DNA of 64,000 nucleotides, taken from positions 32,001 through 96,000 of IMG/VR virus record IMGVR_UViG_3300032295_000548. The stretch is one strand, 5' to 3'. A model generated the notes under the pieces. The model saw nothing but the letters and a program-made list of their open reading frames with translations. It was not told where the DNA came from and did no database searches. A program made the translations under genes and the position numbers. Position 1 is the first letter of the stretch. Every line of letters starts with the position of its first letter. Origin of the DNA: a virus. Lineage: Duplodnaviria > Caudoviricetes. Below, piece after piece: positions 52,001-60,064 of the stretch.

Positions 52001-55000
52001 AGCCCTCCATATATCTATCACTTTGCTACTCAGTGGGCACTGACAGGTGGTCCTGTGTATACAGTACAAGGTGCTAATGAAACAAAGTATTTGGAAGAAC
52101 CATGTGCAGTTGCTTTGGAGAATAAAGAAAACTGGGAAATACCTAAAGATATCGATGAAGCTTTATTTGACTTCTCATGGCATCCATACGTGGAAGATCA
52201 GCCTTATGTATATGTGTTTGGTACGCAACATCAAAAGACAGGCGGACCTAAGTACGTAACACCAGGTGTTATCCCTTCAAGCCCAATCAAATACATTGAC
52301 ACACGTATTCTTAAAGCAGTAAAGAAGCCTAGTAAGAAAAACTTTGCAATACTGAATAACTACAAGATTAAAGATTTTGATTGGTCATGGCATCCAGACG
52401 AAACCGACGAGCCATACATCTATGTGTTTGGTAACAATCAATACTCGGCTGAGATTATGCCTACGATTGAGTACGTTGTGCCGGGCGCAAAGCAGATCAA
52501 ATACGTCAGTGATGTTATAGCAACGTTAGATGTTGACATGACTAACTGGGAAATTCCCGATAACATTGATGCTGAAGGCTTTGACTTTAGTTGGAAACCT
52601 AATCCTAAAGACCCGCCTTTCATATATCAATTTGGTACTCAATGGCAAAAGACAGGCGGCCCTCGCTATGTTGTGCCAGGTGCTGACGAAGTAAAGTATG
52701 TAACTACTCAACAAGTTAAATCATTGTCATCAATGACCAATTGGACTATTCCAACGCATATTGATACAACTGGATTTGATTTTAGTTGGCACCCGGATGA
52801 CACAAGCCCTCCTTATATCTATCACTTTGCCACTCAATGGGCACTGACAGGTGGACCTGTATACACTGTTGAGGGTGCAACGGAAACAAAATACTTAGAA
52901 GAACCTAGTGCAATTGCATTAGTAAATAAAGAAAATTGGGAAATACCTTCTGACATTGATGATAGTGAGTTTGATTTTTCTTGGCATCCATATGTAGAAG
53001 ATCAGCCTTATGTGTATGTCTTTGGTACTCAATGGCAAAAGACTGGTGGACCTAAGTACATAACACCTGGTGTTATTCCTTCAAGTCCTATCAAGTATAT
53101 TGATACACGTATTCTTAAGGCTAAGAAATTGGCTAATAAAAAGAACTTTGCCATACTCAATAATTATAAGATTAAAGATTTTGATTGGTCATGGCATCCA
53201 GACGAAACTGATGAGCCATATATCTATGTGTTCGGTAACAATCAATACTCGGCTGAGATTATGCCAACTATTGAATATACAGTTCCGGGTGCAAAACAAA
53301 TCAAGTACGTACATGATGTAGTAGCAACGTTAGATGTTGACATGTCAAATTGGGAAGTGCCTAAGAATGTAGATTCTACTGGATTTGACTTCAGTTGGAA
53401 ACCTAACCCTAAAGATCCTGCATATATCTATGAGTTTGGTACTCAGTGGCAAAAGACAGGTGGCCCTCGCTATGTTGTGCCTGACGCAGAAGAAGTTAAG
53501 TACGTATCTACACAACAAGTCAAAGTACTTGCTAATCATGACAATTGGACTATACCTCCTAACATCGATGTTAGTGATTTTGATTTTAGCTGGCACCCTG
53601 ATGCTACAAGTCCACCATATATCTATCACTTTGCCACTCAGTGGGCATTGAGCGGTGGCCCGATCTACAAGATGGATAAGGCTATTGCTACTAAGTATAT
53701 GGATCAGCCTGTTGCTAAAGCATTGCCTAATAAAACTAATTGGGAGATACCGGATGATATTGATGCAGTAGATTTTGATTTCTCATGGCATCCGTATGTT
53801 GAAGATGATCCGTTTGTTTATCAGTTCGGTACTCAATGGCAAAAGACAGGTGGACCTCGTTATGTCACACCGGGTGCAAAGAGAAGTTTACCAGTCAAGT
53901 ACATTGACACTCGTATTCTTAAATCTAAAAAGTTACCTAACAAAGATAAGTTTACTGTATTAAACAATTTAACAATTGCATCGTTTGATTGGTCATGGCA
54001 TCCAGATGAGACTGACGGTGAATTTGTATATGTGTTTGGCAACACACAGTATCCTGCTGAAGTTATGCCTACGATTGAATATCGTTCAAGTCCCTACGCA
54101 GAAAAGATAAAGTATATCAACGATTTTAAGGCTGTACTAGCAACGGATCTTAAGGATTGGGACATACCTACTAACATTGATGTTAGTGAGTTTGATTTTA
54201 GTTGGAAACCAAATCCAAATGACCCTCCATTCATTTATCAGTTCGGTACTCAATGGCAAAAGACAGGAGGCCCTCGTTATAAAGTAGAAGGCGCAACCGA
54301 AGTCAAATATGTTGAAGGGTCTAAAGCAAAAGCAATTGCTAGTAAAAAACAATGGATAGTACCGACAACTATTGATAGTGCAAACTTTGACTACAGTTGG
54401 CATCCAGACGAAACTGAAGAACTTTACGTTTATCAATTTGGTACTCAATGGCAAAAGACAGGTGGCCCTCGTTATATAACGTCTGGATCAACTAGTGATA
54501 CTCCTGTAAAATACTGTGATGATGTTAAAGCAAGACAATTGCCTAACAAAAAGAATTTTAACTGTTTAGTAGAGCATGAGATAAAAGACTTTGACTATTC
54601 ATGGCATCCAGATGATACTGATAAGCCATACATTTATGTGTTTGGTAATAAACAGTATTCTGCTGAAATTATGCCTACAATAGAATATAAAGTGGCAGGG
54701 GCAGTTCAGGTCAAGTACGTACATGATGTTGTAGCTACACTGAACAACAACAAAAAAAACTGGGAGATACCTAAAGATATCACTACTGAGAGTTTTGACT
54801 TTAGCTGGTTGCCTCACCCTAAGGATCCTCCTTATGTATATCAATTTGGTACACAACATCAAAAGACAGGTGGACCTCGTTATGTAGTTCCTACAGCTAC
54901 TGATATAAAATACATCGATGGCTTGGTTGCTAAACGCAAACAAGCTATGACCAACTGGGTAGTACCTGAAGGAGTTGATGTATCTAATTTTGATTTTAGT

Positions 55001-57154
55001 TGGCATCCTGATGAACTAGCACCACCGTACATTTATCAGTTCGGTACAGTTGCTGACGACAAAGACGGTCCTAAATATGTTCCATCTATCAATAACGGTG
55101 AAGTAGTATTCAAGCAAAGAATAAGCAAACCAATACAAGATGACATAATCGAAGAAGTTTTCATTGGACAATACTATATTGAGACTACACTAGAAGATTT
55201 GGTTAACAAACACCCTGATGAAATTTTCTGGGCATTGAATTCTAGTATTGATTACACAAACTTTGACTTCACTTGGAGGCCTGAGATTATTCATATTGCA
55301 TGGGAATCTTCATACGTTAATGTATTTGGTTCTCCTGACAGTCCATTGACACAAACATACTTTGTCAATGCAAAATCATACTTGGCTGGAAATAAAGACT
55401 TTAAGTTTGTTGAGAACGTAAAATTAAGTGAAGAATACCTATCAACTCTTTTTGTTAAGCCTGACATGTTTTTTGTTGACAGAGGAAACAGTGAATCATC
55501 TGCAAGATTTGAAATGCTGAAAACTAAGTTTGGAAACATTCAAAAGACACGATATCTAAACAGTTGGGTCGATACCATCAACCGTTGTATCAATCGTAGT
55601 ACAACTGAATTATGCTGGATACTGAACAGTGAATTAGATTACTCTGATTTTGACTTTAACTATTATCCTAACCCTTGGCAGATGAAGATGGTTCATGTGT
55701 TTGGTACTCAATGGAGTCATTGGGGAACTACGTTCATGGTTAATCGTGAAGCATTCTCTACTGACACCAAGTACATTAAGATTATAGAACACTTGAGTAA
55801 TCTTAACTTTGTCAAGACTCGTACTGCAAAGGCAACAAATGTCTTGTATGACGTATACTACATAGATCATGGCAACGCTACTAACTTGCCAAACGCAAAT
55901 GTTGTACCATATGATACTGATTATCTAACTACATTTAAGAACATACTATCTAAGTTGCCTGAAAAGAAAGAGCATTACATTTGGATAGCAAGTACAGTGT
56001 GTGATTATGACAGTTTTGATTTCACGTACATTTGTGATCCATTCGCACGTGAACAATTGCATGTGTTCCCAAGTAGCAGTCAGAAGTTTGGTGATACATT
56101 TTTAGTGAATGTGAACAAGTTACGTGAGTTAGTTAGTGATATGGAGTCATTGAAAGACTATGACAAAATTAACTTCAACCAACATCAGCGTACTAAACGT
56201 TTGACCCCTCCTACAATTGTTACAGAGTTTGATTCTCATGTTGCTACTGTAATGCAAGATTTTGATTTCCCCTACGCTGTATTTGTCACTGAGGATAACA
56301 AAGATATAGTTGCAGTTGAAGAAGAACCAATGAGTCTATGGGATCAAGAATCTAAAAACATTCTTGTTACCAGTACTGGTGGCACACGTATCATCGTTCC
56401 AAAAGAAGCAAAGCAATATGTTGAGACACAGTTGTATGACTATCCGTACATCAAAACTGCGCCTCGTTTAGCTAAGAGTAATCCATTAGACATTGTTTAC
56501 TTGAGCAATGGTGAAAGTTGTGCAGATGAAAATTATGAACATCTATTGAAAGCGACAAAGGGTCTTCCTAACAAAATCGTTCGTGTAGATGGTGTTAATG
56601 GTCGTGTTGAAGCATATCATGCCGCGGCAAAAGCAAGTAACACGCCTTGGATGTTCACTGTGTTTGCGAAATTGAAAGTCAACACTAAGTTTGACTTTAA
56701 CTGGCAACCAGATAGACTGCAAATTCCTAAGCACTATATGTTCTTAGCAAAGAACCCTGTCAATGGATTAATTTATGGTCACCAAGGTATGATTGCGTAC
56801 AACAAAGAAATGACATTGAATAATCCAGGTTACGGTCTAGACTTTACATTAGATAGTCCTCACGAAACTATTGAATTGTTATCAGGTATAGCAACATACA
56901 ACACAGACGAATGGTCAACATGGCGTACTGCATTCCGTGAAGTTATCAAGTTGAAGAAAGAAAATTCTGAAATTAGCTTGAAGCGTTTAGAAGCATGGAT
57001 GACTAAAGCTGAAGGTGATTTTGCAGAATATTCGATAGACGGTGCTATAGATGGTATCGCATACTACAATGAAGTAGAAGGCAAAACAGATAAACTACGC
57101 TTGAGTTACGAATGGGCGTGGTTGCGTGAAAGATTTGACAGGAAGCACAAGTGA
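49013..57154 (+). CDS. Giant 2713-aa repeat protein with degenerate GT-A-like terminal domains
   Basis: ~29 repeats of ~65-70 aa (W.IP..ID...FDFSW.P....PYIY.FG.Q...TGGP.Y...GA.E.KY). The C-terminal DIVYLSNGE..RVDGVNG...AYHAAA...TWRTAFREVIK is homologous to 21410. Confidence 0.8.
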   Translation: MLRDVFYFGNKPNVHPREQHATSLTDARRKASTEHFWIINEFCDYTNFDWDFDFEFLPDADVWAEEHNNVWPSYHQKDSGTWLCPKKLSDVIVYRADVDSLKRKNSINDNWKLLDNIDVTKWDFSWHPDPSDPPYIYKWGSKYAPVELKSCIEYHAPDATQIKYMNTTVELLPNWDCIVEVQKVNYNHWDMSWRPDPLDPPFIYVWGNKYIDGRLRSTLEYHVPGATEKKYMNELVPVLPEWDRWVLIHDIDKTSFDFSWRPDPREPDFIYVFGNEQYEGGVMPTIEYRMPDATERKYLHDMKARLSPHPEKFEHLEKADNIDYSWVPDPTAPPYIYVWGNQWNKPEDKISIQYVVEGATEYKYMEERSKRKPCMDNWEVPDDVDTTGFDFSWEPSPADPAYIYEFGTQWQKTGGPRYVVEGATEIKYVSTMKVTKLADKSKFAILGNLKIANFDYSWHPDSTEEPYIYVFGNNFYPGEIMPTIEYAMSGATKIKYVENAVATLGIDKINWEVPNNVDASSVDFSWKPNPKDPPYIYQYGTQHQKSGGPRYVVPEATEVKYVDVKAKALPQQDKFTVLDGIVVDEFDYSWHPDDTEEAYIYQFGNNQYPAEIMPTVEYAMPGATQIKYVHEVVAKLGVDMTNWTTPDNIDATGFDYSWKPNPKDPAYIYEFGTQWQKTGGPRYLVEGADEVKYVTTQSVKVLPTTDNWTIPTNCDVTGFDFSWHPDATSPPYIYHFATQWALTGGPVYTMDGATEIKYVEHPSAVALPNRDNWEIPKHIDSDAFDFSWHPYVEDQPYVYIFGTQHQKTGGPKYITPGVIPTSPVKYIDTRIIRAIRKPSKKNFAVLNNYKIKDFDWSWHPDETDEPYIYVFGNTQYPAEIMPTIEYVVPGATQIKYVTDVVATLDIDMANWEVSNNTDVSSFDFSWKPNPKDPPFIYQFGTQHQKTGGPRYVVADADEVKYVTTQQAVALPTTENWTVPNYVDTSGFDFSWHPDDTSPPYIYHFATQWALTGGPVYTVQGANETKYLEEPCAVALENKENWEIPKDIDEALFDFSWHPYVEDQPYVYVFGTQHQKTGGPKYVTPGVIPSSPIKYIDTRILKAVKKPSKKNFAILNNYKIKDFDWSWHPDETDEPYIYVFGNNQYSAEIMPTIEYVVPGAKQIKYVSDVIATLDVDMTNWEIPDNIDAEGFDFSWKPNPKDPPFIYQFGTQWQKTGGPRYVVPGADEVKYVTTQQVKSLSSMTNWTIPTHIDTTGFDFSWHPDDTSPPYIYHFATQWALTGGPVYTVEGATETKYLEEPSAIALVNKENWEIPSDIDDSEFDFSWHPYVEDQPYVYVFGTQWQKTGGPKYITPGVIPSSPIKYIDTRILKAKKLANKKNFAILNNYKIKDFDWSWHPDETDEPYIYVFGNNQYSAEIMPTIEYTVPGAKQIKYVHDVVATLDVDMSNWEVPKNVDSTGFDFSWKPNPKDPAYIYEFGTQWQKTGGPRYVVPDAEEVKYVSTQQVKVLANHDNWTIPPNIDVSDFDFSWHPDATSPPYIYHFATQWALSGGPIYKMDKAIATKYMDQPVAKALPNKTNWEIPDDIDAVDFDFSWHPYVEDDPFVYQFGTQWQKTGGPRYVTPGAKRSLPVKYIDTRILKSKKLPNKDKFTVLNNLTIASFDWSWHPDETDGEFVYVFGNTQYPAEVMPTIEYRSSPYAEKIKYINDFKAVLATDLKDWDIPTNIDVSEFDFSWKPNPNDPPFIYQFGTQWQKTGGPRYKVEGATEVKYVEGSKAKAIASKKQWIVPTTIDSANFDYSWHPDETEELYVYQFGTQWQKTGGPRYITSGSTSDTPVKYCDDVKARQLPNKKNFNCLVEHEIKDFDYSWHPDDTDKPYIYVFGNKQYSAEIMPTIEYKVAGAVQVKYVHDVVATLNNNKKNWEIPKDITTESFDFSWLPHPKDPPYVYQFGTQHQKTGGPRYVVPTATDIKYIDGLVAKRKQAMTNWVVPEGVDVSNFDFSWHPDELAPPYIYQFGTVADDKDGPKYVPSINNGEVVFKQRISKPIQDDIIEEVFIGQYYIETTLEDLVNKHPDEIFWALNSSIDYTNFDFTWRPEIIHIAWESSYVNVFGSPDSPLTQTYFVNAKSYLAGNKDFKFVENVKLSEEYLSTLFVKPDMFFVDRGNSESSARFEMLKTKFGNIQKTRYLNSWVDTINRCINRSTTELCWILNSELDYSDFDFNYYPNPWQMKMVHVFGTQWSHWGTTFMVNREAFSTDTKYIKIIEHLSNLNFVKTRTAKATNVLYDVYYIDHGNATNLPNANVVPYDTDYLTTFKNILSKLPEKKEHYIWIASTVCDYDSFDFTYICDPFAREQLHVFPSSSQKFGDTFLVNVNKLRELVSDMESLKDYDKINFNQHQRTKRLTPPTIVTEFDSHVATVMQDFDFPYAVFVTEDNKDIVAVEEEPMSLWDQESKNILVTSTGGTRIIVPKEAKQYVETQLYDYPYIKTAPRLAKSNPLDIVYLSNGESCADENYEHLLKATKGLPNKIVRVDGVNGRVEAYHAAAKASNTPWMFTVFAKLKVNTKFDFNWQPDRLQIPKHYMFLAKNPVNGLIYGHQGMIAYNKEMTLNNPGYGLDFTLDSPHETIELLSGIATYNTDEWSTWRTAFREVIKLKKENSEISLKRLEAWMTKAEGDFAEYSIDGAIDGIAYYNEVEGKTDKLRLSYEWAWLRERFDRKHK
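50767..54040 (+). repeat. Higher-order tandem repeat, exact 804-bp (268-aa, 4-module) period
   Basis: The equivalent FD(W/Y)SWHPD-coding sequence occurs at 50767, 51571, 52375, 53179 and 53983. Confidence 0.85.
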
Positions 57155-58206
57155 AATATATTACACATAACCAATGGTCAGGTGACCATAAGTTTGTTGA
57201 GTTCTACAATCGTGTAATCAGTGAAGATTTTGACAAGATCATAATCTTCTGTCAGAACGAATGGGAATGGTATAACCACGAACCCGAACATTGGCAGTTA
57301 CTACAAGATTATTGTAAGAAAATCAACAAGACAATTCATATAGTTGTTGGTGCCGCAGAAAAAGATTTCCCGGTACACATTGATAACGTTGACGTTTCAT
57401 ATTGGCCTACTTCATGGTTTGGTAGAACGTACATAAATTCAATGAGGATGAACAAAAGTCTATTCATAGATCCAAATGTTACCGTTGATTATGAACATCA
57501 CTTCTTTAACTTTAATCACAGACCAAAATCACATAGATGCAAAGTTATAGACCAACTAGCAAAGCATGATTTATTCAAGCATGGTGCTGTATCAATACAT
57601 GGTACAGAAGTTTATTCAGGAACAACGCATGAGGGATGGGAAATATTTCCATGGAAGCATTTTAAATACAAACCCATGTCATTGGATACTGCTGAATTCA
57701 CCAAAGATGCACACGGGCAGATGTTCGTAGTTACAGATATACATAGAAAGTCATTTTGTCAACTAGTTAGTGAAACAACAGATAGGTCATACTTTATAAG
57801 TGAAAAAACTATAATGCCCTTGTGTGCAGGTAAACCGTTTTTAGTAGCATCAAGACAAGGCTTTCACCAATTGCTGAAAGACATGGGGTTTGAGTTATAC
57901 GATGAAATCTTTGATTACTCATTTGATTCTATTGTTGATGAAGATAGACGTTACGAAATGCTAGTAGATAATTACAAAAGATTGTGTGAAATACCATTGA
58001 ATGAACTACCGGCATTAACAAAACAAATACATGAAAAGTTATTGCACAATAAGAATAGAGTAAAAGAGATTGTATATGAGCGAGGCAACTATCCGATGTT
58101 GTTGCAAGAGGTATTGAAGCATTACAAGACTACCAAAGAAGAAGTAGATCACTTGTTTTGTTCGTTGTATGAAGAAGAGGAAATGTTTGCATATCATGAG
58201 TGGTAA
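57151..58206 (+). CDS. GT10-like glycosyltransferase
   Basis: NHRP..HR, LVSETT..FISEKT.MP...KPFL, GFELYDEIFDYSFD. Confidence 0.55.
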   Translation: MKYITHNQWSGDHKFVEFYNRVISEDFDKIIIFCQNEWEWYNHEPEHWQLLQDYCKKINKTIHIVVGAAEKDFPVHIDNVDVSYWPTSWFGRTYINSMRMNKSLFIDPNVTVDYEHHFFNFNHRPKSHRCKVIDQLAKHDLFKHGAVSIHGTEVYSGTTHEGWEIFPWKHFKYKPMSLDTAEFTKDAHGQMFVVTDIHRKSFCQLVSETTDRSYFISEKTIMPLCAGKPFLVASRQGFHQLLKDMGFELYDEIFDYSFDSIVDEDRRYEMLVDNYKRLCEIPLNELPALTKQIHEKLLHNKNRVKEIVYERGNYPMLLQEVLKHYKTTKEEVDHLFCSLYEEEEMFAYHEW

Positions 58207-59236
58207 AAATTTAAACTACATTGGTCATAACCAATGGAATGGCCTTAACTTTCAAAATTTTTATGAGAAAGTGATTAACGGCAACTATGACAAAGTAATA
58301 TTATTTTCACAGAATGAGTGGGCACATCACCATCACAATCCTGAATATTTTCCTTTGCTACAAGAGCATATGAAAAGAATAGGTAAGCCCCTACATATCA
58401 TTACTTCGGCACATAAACATTTGTACCCAGTTGAACTAGAAAATACTCAAGTACATTGGTATGATACATATTGGATGTGCAAAACGTATGGACAATTATT
58501 ACACGTTAGTAAAGGTAATAAGATATCAATTGATCCCTACGAAACGGTAGATTACAAATATCATTATCTTTCTATGAACCACAGGCCCCATCTGCATCGT
58601 TGTTTGTTAATTGATTTGTTGGCTAAACACGATTTGATGAAGTATGGTGCTATATCATTACACAATGCACCAGTACCTGAACTGTATCAATGGAAATATT
58701 TTGATTACAAACCACTAATATTAGATCAACAATACTCCACTGAAAAAAATTATAACCTTGTACCTGACCAATATTATGAATCGTTCGTACAACTGATAAG
58801 TGAAGCTTCAGGTGATACTATAATGATGTCTGAAAAAACAGCAATACCGTTATTGTTAGGTAAACCTTTCTTAGTTGCTAGTCAGATGCATTTCCATAAG
58901 TTCTTGAAAGGACTAGGATTTGAGCTATATGATGAAATATTTGACTACAGTTTTGATGACGAACCGAACGAAGAAAAAAGATATGAAATGCTTTTGGAAA
59001 ACTTCAAGAGATTGTGTCAAATACCGTTAAACGAACTAACTCAATTACAACAACGCATAGCTAACAAAGTATTGTTTAATAAGAAACATGCCAAATCATT
59101 GGTATTTGACACTACAACATGCCCAGAACTAGCTATGGAAGTTATCAATTACTACAAAGATACCGGAACTATCATAGACAAGCACTTGATAGATGACTAC
59201 GAAAACTGTATAATGTACAAAGACCATGAGATTTGA
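58196..59236 (+). CDS. GT10-like glycosyltransferase, close paralog of 57151
   Basis: Shares YI.HNQW.G, FY..VI...DK.I.F.QNEW, NHRP.HRC and SEKT..P...KPFLVAS. Likely start is ATG 58196. Confidence 0.55.
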   Translation: MSGKNLNYIGHNQWNGLNFQNFYEKVINGNYDKVILFSQNEWAHHHHNPEYFPLLQEHMKRIGKPLHIITSAHKHLYPVELENTQVHWYDTYWMCKTYGQLLHVSKGNKISIDPYETVDYKYHYLSMNHRPHLHRCLLIDLLAKHDLMKYGAISLHNAPVPELYQWKYFDYKPLILDQQYSTEKNYNLVPDQYYESFVQLISEASGDTIMMSEKTAIPLLLGKPFLVASQMHFHKFLKGLGFELYDEIFDYSFDDEPNEEKRYEMLLENFKRLCQIPLNELTQLQQRIANKVLFNKKHAKSLVFDTTTCPELAMEVINYYKDTGTIIDKHLIDDYENCIMYKDHEI

Positions 59237-59261
59237 CATAAATACTGAAAGGTGATACAAT
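59233..59261 (+). promoter_or_regulatory. sigma70 promoter TTGACA-17-TACAAT
   Basis: Near consensus, 17-bp spacer containing TAAATA. Confidence 0.8.
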
Positions 59262-59268
59262 CATGATT

Positions 59269-59376
59269 ATGAATAAAGTTTTGGCACTAAAAGGATTACT
59301 AGCACTATTGGGCTTATACATAGCCTATAAGTTAGGACTTGAACTTTGGTGTATTGCGTATGGATTGTTAATGTAA
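59269..59376 (+). CDS. 35-aa hydrophobic membrane peptide, probably leaderless (not in ORF track)
   Basis: MNKVLALKGLLALLGLYIAYKLGLELWCIAYGLLM*; ATG 8 nt after the -10 box; the stop overlaps the AAGGAG of the next gene. Confidence 0.55.
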   Translation: MNKVLALKGLLALLGLYIAYKLGLELWCIAYGLLM

Positions 59377-59385
59377 GGAGCGTAT

Positions 59386-59610
59386 ATGAAACGTCTTATT
59401 GGTGCTATTGTTGTTTTGGGTAGTCTTGTTGGTTGTGCAACACCTCAGCAAACTGCCGCACTGACAGGTGCAGTAGTCGGAGCCGCGGTAATGAGTTCAG
59501 TGTACGCACACCCTGCACCTAGACCGTTGCATTGCTACACCACTAGAAGTGTAATTGGATATGATATCTATAACCGTCCGTTGTACCAACATCGTCAGGT
59601 TTGTAGATAA
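59386..59610 (+). CDS. Small lipoprotein
   Basis: AAGGAG RBS; MKR + hydrophobic stretch + LVGC lipobox; glycine-zipper-like GAVVGAA. Confidence 0.7.
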   Translation: MKRLIGAIVVLGSLVGCATPQQTAALTGAVVGAAVMSSVYAHPAPRPLHCYTTRSVIGYDIYNRPLYQHRQVCR

Positions 59611-59615
59611 AAGTT

Positions 59616-59945
59616 AAGACTGTATGAAGTAGACAGAAAAGGATTCAAGACCCGGGGGCAGTTCCCGGCAGGTCCACCAAAAGGAGATATGATGAAGCCA
59701 GCTTATGTGATAGCAGTAGTACTATTAATAGGATTGATTTACTTTCATGTCTATTTTTGATGGGCCTGACATAGATTTCGATTGGGTCAAGAGTATTGAA
59801 ATGGACAGTCCGGCAATGTAGAAGCCGTTAGGATTGGGGTAACCCGGTCGAAGAAGCAAAACAAAGTAAACGCAAACGACTCACAGTTCGCATTAGCTGC
59901 CTAAACTCAGCTTAGGGTAAGACATACCTCGTAACAGAAACTCTA
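59616..59945 (+). ncRNA. ssrA: Circularly permuted (two-piece) tmRNA; acceptor piece ~59616-59679, coding piece 59762-~59945
   Basis: T-arm CCGGG-GGCAGTT-CCCGG followed by CAGGTCC-ACCA (ends 59679). This pairs with downstream GGGCCTG (59762), including a G3:U Ala determinant. TTGGGTC pairs with GATTCAA and ACAGTC with GACTGT. Tag ANDSQFALAA* at 59872-59904. Confidence 0.93.
59689..59760 (+). CDS. 23-aa hydrophobic peptide inside the tmRNA intervening segment
   Basis: AAGGAG at 59681; MMKPAYVIAVVLLIGLIYFHVYF*; the stop ends 1 nt before the tmRNA coding piece. Confidence 0.55.
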   Translation: MMKPAYVIAVVLLIGLIYFHVYF

Positions 59946-59946
59946 G

Positions 59947-59970
59947 AAAGCCCACTTCGGTGGGCTTTTT
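59947..59970 (+). terminator. Intrinsic terminator after the tmRNA
   Basis: AAAGCCCAC-TTCG-GTGGGCTTTTT. Confidence 0.9.
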
Positions 59971-59981
59971 ACCATATAGTA

Positions 59982-60010
59982 TTGCTTATTGAGTAAACAC
60001 TACGTATACT
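59982..60010 (+). promoter_or_regulatory. Putative sigma70 promoter TTGCTT-17-TATACT
   Basis: Correct spacing, upstream of the porin. Confidence 0.55.
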
Positions 60011-60064
60011 TTACTTTATGAATTAATTTATTTGATAGGTTTTTATCAAGTAAATATTATTCTA

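Noticed and set aside
50100-55100. Recurring ~30-nt sequence (ggtactcaatggcaaaagacaggtggacct) resembling a CRISPR array or DGR template
   Set aside because: It is an in-frame protein repeat (GTQWQKTGGP), spaced ~200-400 bp apart with synonymous variation. No cas or reverse transcriptase gene is present in the window.
19472-59236. DNA hypermodification system
   Set aside because: No thymidylate-synthase/hydroxymethylase, nucleotide kinase or queuosine-pathway genes are present, and the island is linked to tail genes. Disfavoured but not excluded.
59269-59610. Holin/spanin lysis cassette
   Set aside because: No endolysin or i-spanin lies nearby and the promoter is early-type; the evidence is insufficient.
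59640-59790. tRNA-Ala gene or attP fragment
   Set aside because: There is no anticodon arm, the halves are in permuted order, and a tag reading frame follows; this is a tmRNA.
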